Shown piece after piece: positions 56,401 through 64,000 of a stretch of 64,000 bases of DNA (position 1 is its first letter; every line of letters starts with the position of its first letter). The notes under the pieces were generated by a model. It did no database searches, had not been told where the DNA came from, and saw only the letters and a list, made by a program, of their open reading frames with translations. This DNA is from Selaginella moellendorffii (lineage: Eukaryota; Plantae; Lycopodiophyta): contig NW_003314324.1 of NCBI RefSeq assembly GCF_000143415.4, positions 286,011 to 350,010 of the forward strand, written 5' to 3'. Position numbers and translations under genes: made by a program.

Positions 56401-59130
56401 ATAACTACCACTATAGATGGAGATTTATTTTCTTATAGATGGTAGAAATTCTGCTGATAACTTATTATGCAAGACATTAAGGCTGAATGAGCTAAAGAGG
56501 TTGGTAATCTCCTCTAAAAGGCTCCTTGTAAAGCTACAAATTGACACATTCAAGTTGATGAGTTTGGAATTTGCTCTTAGAATGAAGTTATGGTTTATTG
56601 TCCAGATAGATGTTATAGCCATATAAGACAATATAATTCTTTGGATCTTGTAAATCTCAACTAAGACACCAAGATAGCTGGGAGGAACATGAGAGATGAG
56701 CAGTTCCCTCTCTTGCTGAACATCTAGGTCCTTGTTATTTACCCTCAACATGATGAGGAGATGGAGAGAAAGAGTTTATAGAGGCTAGGATAAAGTTTTG
56801 AATCTTGTTCCTGAAGAGTTGCTGGGTTGCAAAAAGTCAATATGTTAAAAGCTTATGTGGTTCTAGTTATGGCTGAAATTAATATCTACAAGCTATGTGA
56901 AGCTAATGATCTCATTAGAAATGATTCTCTTGTTTTCTAATAAGTCAAAAACCTGTAGGCCTTGGAGCCTCTTGACTATAAAAGATATTGTTTGACATAA
57001 ATGATAATATATTATTATTTAGAAATAATAAGATTGCAATCATCAAATATACTGATATTTGTTGTTGATAAAGATTCTGTTGAATTCATACCAAGACTTA
57101 GATAAAATACTTTTTGTGCTTATAAGCATTTAATATATTTATCTTAATAAAGGTTTTATGAATTATCCAAAAGGTAGTACTCAATTAGCTAAGAGAATAT
57201 ATACTAAAAGTTTTGATTATATAATATTTTCTTTCTAATTTTAATATAGAATTTGGTGTTACCAAAAAGTTAAAATAAAAATTATAAGTTGTATGATCCA
57301 ATTGAACCTATAGTGTTAAGGTTTAGTATTAGAGATTATATTATAAAATAAATTTTTATTATTTTGTGAATTTAATTTTTTTTACTAATTATATTGATAC
57401 ATTTTTAAACACAAAATTTTCTTTATTGGGTTTTTGTTAGTTCCATTTTTGCAAGAGTAAGTATTTTTATTTTTAAATTGGTTTGGAATTGTAGTTAAGG
57501 ATTTATAAAACTATTGTGATTAAACTATGATATATTTAACTAAAAGAAGTTCATATATCCATCCTTACAAATTATTAATTTTTATAATTTATATCCTTTG
57601 AATCTGTTAGAATTCTTTATTAAATTATAAATTAAATATTTTGATTTTTATTTTTTACACTTCATTACTTCGAACAATTTTTATGATTGTTGATGCATAT
57701 TTTATTGTGATGAAGATATTTTCTTTTCACCCATACTTGTTTATTGATCTTACTATTGTAATGATGTAATATAAGCTCTTTAACCATTTATAGATGCAAT
57801 GCATGGCCTTGCTTTTTTGTTTAAATAAATTTAATAATGTATTACTATTTATACTTAACAAATATTAATTTTTTTTGCATATATTAAAATTAAGGATATG
57901 TATTATAGTTTTTATATCTTTGATTAAATATGCTTAAATATTAAAGATATATGTATTTTATTACTATTATTAAAATTAATCCTATTAGATATGAAATATG
58001 AAAAAAAATTAAAATTTTTATCATCCATAAAAGATATTTATATAGAAAAGTGCAAAACTTTTATCGATGTTTAATGATCGAATTGGTCATAGGACATAAA
58101 ATACTATGACTATATTGAGTCTTTATGTAAAATATATTTTTAGTATTTAAATTTTAAATTTATATATATTTAGTGTTATATATCAATTTATAAAATTTTA
58201 TGCTTGATTAAGAAATAAACAAACAAAAATTTATATATTGTTAGGTTTTAGATTTTGATATGTAAATAATTATTTCAATAAAAATTGAAAAAATATTGTT
58301 TATATGTCTTCACAATACTGCTATAGATTTGTTGACTACCTAAAAAACTCTAAGTTTTTTTAATTAAGAAATATAATAAATTGTTAAAAGCTTTTATATT
58401 ATAAAGTTTTAATTTTTAAAGTAATTTATATTTACAAAAGTTTTATGATAAAATTGATAAATATATTTAAAAAATTTCAATTACTAAGATTTTAGTATAT
58501 TGTGTTCTAATATTGAATCTTATAAAGAATTCATTGCTTAATATTTATTATTTTAAAAAACTTTAAGTATTTACTAGAGATTATTTTAAAATGTACTAAA
58601 ATTTTGTCTCCGGTGCGCTAGATAGGCTTTTCTCTCCAGTGCGCACTTAATTGCAACTTCTAACGCGCCATCGCACCAACCGCACAGAATCGGTGTGCGG
58701 CCGTGGCACTTTGCCTGCGTTAGATAAGTTTTAACGTCAATTGATCGTGTTATTGATGAGAAATCTTTAAATGATTTTTATTTTTATATTTTTGTGTGAA
58801 AGTCTTAATAATTATTTAATATTCAAATAATATATAATTAACGTTAAAATATCATATAACTTTTAATATATGCATAAATATCCTCATAACTACTACTATC
58901 TAGCTTTGGCAATGGTTTTTTTTTTTTTTTGTTAAATGGGGCATCACGAAAAGTGCATAAATGTTTGTCAATGTAATTTTTAAATATATAATTTTCTAAA
59001 TGTAAATTCACCGCCCATCAACAAATTATCTCTATTTGTAAATTATTAAAAAGACCATGTATGTTATAACATCAAATAATTCTTTCTGATAAAAATGTTT
59101 ATCTCAGTTTTTCTAAATTCTAAGGTCATT
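53430..59130. other. Long AT-rich, CpG-depleted block containing decayed gene/TE fragments
   Basis: Composition; no intact ORF. Confidence 0.55.
54945..55150 (+). pseudogene. Heavily degraded A1 (nepenthesin/CDR1-like) aspartic protease relic
   Basis: YTMEIEFGSSSKKFNVII followed, after a frameshift, by LVWVQ. This matches Y.M.I..G.P...F..I.DTGSDL.W.QC with the DTGS motif deleted. Confidence 0.55.
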
Positions 59131-59180
59131 CTAAAAGAATTCTAAATTTACATTGAATCTTTTCAAAAAATTTACATGCG

Positions 59181-61382
59181 CTATTCCTTGCCATCGCTTG
59201 TACTGCATTCCCTGTTGGTGGTGTTGCTGCAGCTCCCACTGTCGCTCGCTCTGTTCTTCTTGTGGCTCACCTCCAGCAGCAAGCTCATAAGAGCCTCGCA
59301 CATTCGAAACGCCTCTGGATCTGTCGAGTAAACCATCCACGCGTGATCCAGCTTCCTGTTTGGTCGAACCACCACCGAGCCTGGAACTTCAGCGTCTTTG
59401 CGTGACACCAGGCCGTCACTCTTCTCGCTGTATCGCAGCTCCAAATGCAGCGCGCACGCTGCCATAGCAGCAGCCAATGGAAGCACGACGGGAAGCTTGG
59501 CAGTGGTGGCAGGGGCCTCTGATGCTGCTCCAGCTAGCGGGAGCCACGGAAGTTCCGCGTGAGCAATGTGAGAGAGCGTGGAGAGCACTCCGGGCGATTT
59601 CCCTGCTTCCGTGTGGAATGACACCACCGGTAGATCAGGCGGCAGAGGATACTTTGCTAAAAACTTCCTTCTCTTGTCGTGCGTTAGATCCTCTAACGCG
59701 GTCATGTCTCCCTGGGAAGAAGAAAAAAGTTTAGAATGAATCAACAAAGAAAGCTTACTACGTTACCTTGATGATCTTGCAGATAAGAAGCTCCATGATG
59801 CGCCTCGTCTCTACGTCGGCAATCTGGCCCTCGCGAAGAATGTCGGAAGCAAGTGGGCTGCCTCCATACGGACTTTGTACCAAGACGATGCCCACGACTT
59901 TGTCTTTGATTTCGGGCCAGAACATCGATGCTGCTGCCGCTGCGTCAACTCCGCCTTTGCTGTGACCCAGCAGCACGATTTTCTTTCCTGTTCCCCAGTA
60001 TAACTCTTCGATGTAATCTTTGAGTTCTCGTGCATTCGTTTCCACCGCAGCCTATGGAAGAGCACTGGTATCTTAGAAGTCCCAAGAAAAGAGAGAATGT
60101 TATACCTCACTATGTATTCGAGCAATATGACAAGTCAAGCCGAGTTTAGAAAAATATCTCTTTGTATCCACAAAATACAGAGGTCCATGGTTGCTAAAGA
60201 GCCCTGCAAGATCGTCATTAGACGTGTGAACTACAACGGACAGTAGAGAAACTTACCAGGAACCAAAAGATATACGTAATCATTGGGTAGTGCGTGAAGA
60301 CCGTGACTGCAAGCTTACAAGTATTAGAGTAAACCTTACACGCAAGAAGCAGAATTGGATACCTTATGTCACCAAGAATTTCCTCAAACCTTTGCGTTCC
60401 GTCTTCCACTGGTGGAAAACCCGGCGTTTTTTGCAACCATCCAATATCATCAGCAGAGCCCCTGAGTGTAGTTTGCACTCGTGTCATAAGTCTGCAGATA
60501 CAGAATTCCTTAGAACCGGCCAAAATCAAACAGTGACGAAAAATGACAGTCAGTATTGGCACACTCCGTTACCTTCTCACTTTTTCATGACCGCATGCAA
60601 AACGCAAGTAAGCCATTCTGGTGCAAACAAATGCTATTCGCAAAGCACATCCAACAGGACAAAACCTGGGAAAAAGGGAAGGTCTTCGAGTTAAGGGAGT
60701 TAGAAGATCTAGGACTCAAGCAGCCAGACATGAAACTCAAATCAGATTTACCAGGAACGAAAACACTGACCCTTGCCACGGAGCGGGAGAGGAGTTCAAA
60801 AAGCTTTGACCCAATGCAGCCCAAAGGGACGTCGCTCGCTCCACCGGATTGCTGGAAATCCCGTTTTGAGTAGTGACGATCATGCGTGACTCTCCACTGC
60901 TCGATGGAGTTGATTCCACTGCTACGGTTGTTTGCCTGACGCTAACATCCTGTCCCATGCTTCCCGCAGGTTCTTCCACGGACTCGTCTACGTGAAAAGA
61001 AAAACGAAAGGGAATTACCAACATATGAATGTGAGAAGAACATACCAAGTAAGCTGATAAGCCTGCGACCAACATAAGACGCTGTTTGAGCTAATCTCGT
61101 AGAAACTTCGTTGATGGTCGCAACTGGTATGGTCGATCCATCTTGAGACGATGTAGAAGCAGGCTGCAAACGTAAGCTCTAGAGATGAGTATGATTTTTC
61201 TCTGTATTGACAAAGATTACCACGTCAGAAGCGTCGAGTTCCGAGACAATCACCTCGGTCGATGGAGGATCTGCAAGAAAAAAAAGAAAGTCGAAGTTTA
61301 GAACAAGAACTTGAGGAGCTAACGCAAGAAAAAAAAAGAAAAGAAATCCTCTAAGACGTGGTAATGGACCTTTGGGCTCCAT
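59181..61382 (-). CDS. Alpha/beta-hydrolase, lipase/PGAP1-related plant family, multi-exon
   Basis: RGSADDIGWLQ...PPVEDGT, VYLLVPGLFSNHGPLYFVDTK, NARELKDYIEE.YWG, LGHSKGGVDAAAA, QSPYGGSP, KSDGLV..KDAEVPGSVVVRP.RKLDHAWMVY. Start MEPK|DPP via a phase-1 intron. Confidence 0.9.
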
Positions 61383-62596
61383 AAGAAGGATTTCACTAAA
61401 GAAACCGGATTGTTAGTAGAAGAGGCAAAGATCGAGTGGAGGAAATTTCGAGCTGACTCCAACATCGAGCCTGTCAATCCCTGCTCATTGGCAGGCTAAC
61501 GCACCCGATCAGCTTACCCTCCAAGAAAATTGACGCGCAAGATCGCTTCCAGACTGCCCTGCGATCCAAAGAATCACGTGAGCTCCGCGCATTCTCGAAT
61601 TCCAATGCAAGACAGTGCCGGATCTAGAGATTCACCTCGCACAAAGAACCCTAAATATCCGAGACGCCGATCGATCGCGGCGGCGAGACGCAACGCGCGT
61701 GGAAAGAGGAGTGGAGACTTTCACTGCGCCATCGCTGTCGCCGCGCCCGCGCCCTCGCTAAACGCTCACACCACCGAGGAGCGAAGAAAGATTCAAGCGG
61801 CGCCAAAAGCATATTCCGTCTGCGCCACGTATCGTTCCGTCATCTACCTGGCTCAGTACGTGGCGCGTTTTGGTGCTGCCACGTTTTAATCAGCTGTGCG
61901 CTTTCGACCAATGGACAGTGTGCGGTGTGTGAGATTTGGATAAAGCTTTGGCCTCTCTTGTTTGACCAGGTCTCTCGGATTTGTGATAATGCAGCCTTTC
62001 GTTTGATTGGAGCGCTTGGGGAATTTGCTCCGATAGGCCAGGCGCAGAAAGTTTTTTTAGTGTGGGCAATATGGTGGAATCTACACATATAGGTACTTTC
62101 GTCCATTCCACTGCTTCATCTAAGTTGCTCAACCAGCGGATGGCACTTGTCTTAGCAATGCTTTTATTATACATGAACATAAAATTAATCTAAATATATA
62201 GTATGTGTTTTAACTTTAAAAATGTTTTTAAAAAATAACAATTAGATCAGAGCATATAGTAGACTAATCTAGATTATCTAACAAGTACATTTCGCTTAAG
62301 CAACCAGAAAGAATCTATCCAACTGCTCTATAATAATATTGTAGTGTATGTAAAGCATCTACTACAAAGTTGTTATATTGTTTATGTTGCATCATGGCCT
62401 TGAATAGGACATTGAAGAGCACACATTATTCTGATGTAATTATATATTTGGGGAAAACATTTACCAAAACACAGTTTTGACTTGGCTATGCATTATCTCC
62501 TAAGATCAAAATGAGAAACCTTGATTTACTCAAGATAAGATAAGTTAAGTTCCACAAACATGTAATTGTGCATTCTGGATATATACAAAAACCTAT

Positions 62597-62601
<5 letters not shown>

Positions 62602-62643
<42 letters not shown>

Positions 62644-62685
62644 ATGTATATGTATATGTGTATATATACATGTGTGTGTGTATGT
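62602..62685. repeat. (TA)n/(TG)n compound microsatellite abutting an assembly gap
   Basis: Direct reading. Confidence 0.95.
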
Positions 62686-62785
62686 NNNNNNNNNNNNNNN
62701 NNNNNNNNNNNNNNNNNNNNNNNNNNNNNNNNNNNNNNNNNNNNNNNNNNNNNNNNNNNNNNNNNNNNNNNNNNNNNNNNNNNNN
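62686..62785. other. Assembly gap (100 N)
   Basis: Run of n. Confidence 0.99.
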
Positions 62786-63429
62786 GATCTAAATAATTTA
62801 TTGCTTAATAAAGAGTATGAAAGTTTTTTAATTTCATGATTTTCAATTTAAATAATAAATAATTTAAACATAAAATTGATTTTAATTATATATTGTGAGG
62901 TCTATACAATACCGTATACTAATATTAGCATAATGAGATTTTAGTAAGTATCAGATTTGTTTCAATCTAGACCACTCACTCCTATATATAAACTAAGGTT
63001 TTTGGGTTAATTGATATACACATTTCTACATTCTCTTTCCAAATTTTATACACTCACAATGGTGGAAGTGGGGGGCAATTTTGATTATTTCTAAAGAGTG
63101 CTAGGATTTAGGATTTTGGTTTAAATCTAACTTTTGCATTGTCTAGATCTCCATTTTTTTATAGTTGTTTTCAACTTTTTCACTTTTGTTCTTTCTTTTT
63201 TGTTCATGTTCATGGTAAAGTAGCTCTTCCTCCTTTGACTCTGGAACAATAGTTGTTGCAATTGCTTGATATATATAGTTGTAGTTGAACAATTAAACTT
63301 AGTTGATGGCAGCATTCATAGTATGTGGTACAACTCTTCCTACTCTTGTTGTCAATCCTTGTGTCTGGCTGAATTTTTTCTATGGAATCCTACAGATGAT
63401 GCATATTAATCACTTTATGGTGATTGCTA

Positions 63430-63900
63430 TATATCATTCTTGGGATGATGTTTGGCATTTGTATGATTTTCCCACATGTTTCTAAGGGACAACACTTCAA
63501 TGGTATAATGGTTTAAATGTAGCCATTCATGAGGATTAAAGTATTCTCCTGAACGTTTTCAAACACACATTTGGACATACTAATGATTGTGATAATGCCT
63601 TTCAACAAATTGTATTGTCTTTGTCAAGAGCCATCTGAAGCCATAATGCAATTTGGCATTTGTTTTCGAAGCCTCTTGCTTCATGTGGAGCAAAATATGT
63701 CAGAGCAGATCAAGTTGAGAATGTTGTGGCCAACATTTCATCAAGATCTTGTAAAATTTGTGCATGCATTTACTCCAGCCACCCTTAACGATGCTCTTCA
63801 CTACACATAACATTATGAGATGTCGCCTTTTCCACTTCTCACTGCACGTACTTTAGCTCCATTTTCTATTGGAGATGGTATTATTCTAATGGAAGATGAT
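63430..63900 (+). mobile_element. Degenerate retrotransposon gag remnant
   Basis: FPTCF*GTTLQWYNGL...D*SILLNVFKHTF (retrotrans_gag-like) and DLVKFVHAFTPATLNDALHY. Stops are consistent with C>T decay. Confidence 0.65.
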
Positions 63901-64000
63901 GTTGCTACTGTCTGAGTTCAAGAACAAGAACCAAGATGTGGTTGTGGCTGTAATGTCTACTATTAGGCATATAATGAAGTTGGTTATACTTATTAGTATT

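Overview
Compact eukaryotic land-plant nuclear DNA. Introns are very short (about 48-100 nt), genes are GC-rich and tightly packed, AT-rich CpG-depleted blocks intervene, and PLS/SS-type PPR genes are abundant. This profile most resembles the lycophyte Selaginella (inference, not database-checked). In order the window contains: a decayed Ty3/gypsy gag-protease remnant, a PLS-DYW PPR, a 4-exon triple-CCHC zinc-knuckle gene, a UTr2/4-like nucleotide-sugar transporter, a head-to-head DPH1/TPX2 pair, a divergent SKP1-like gene, cytosolic AsnRS, a second DYW PPR, a GT-1 trihelix factor, PsaL, an alpha/beta hydrolase, a 2OG-oxygenase-like gene, AWPM-19, a SET-domain gene and a TRM/LONGIFOLIA-like gene. 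Then comes a ~14.5 kb tandemly amplified, decaying cassette built from an SS-type PPR, a CYP71-clan P450 and an orphan U-box/RING-like gene, including CYP(sense)-PPR(antisense) chimeric pseudogenes. The end of the window has AT-rich DNA with gene relics, a lipase-like hydrolase, an assembly gap and another gag remnant. The best candidates for novelty are the PPR-P450-U-box cassette and its antisense chimeras, the orphan U-box-like protein, a DYW domain with an internal deletion, a duplicated PPR 5' end forming an overlapping uORF, and two unexplained structured-RNA-like elements. Gene models were read by eye; internal exon boundaries are approximate unless stated.
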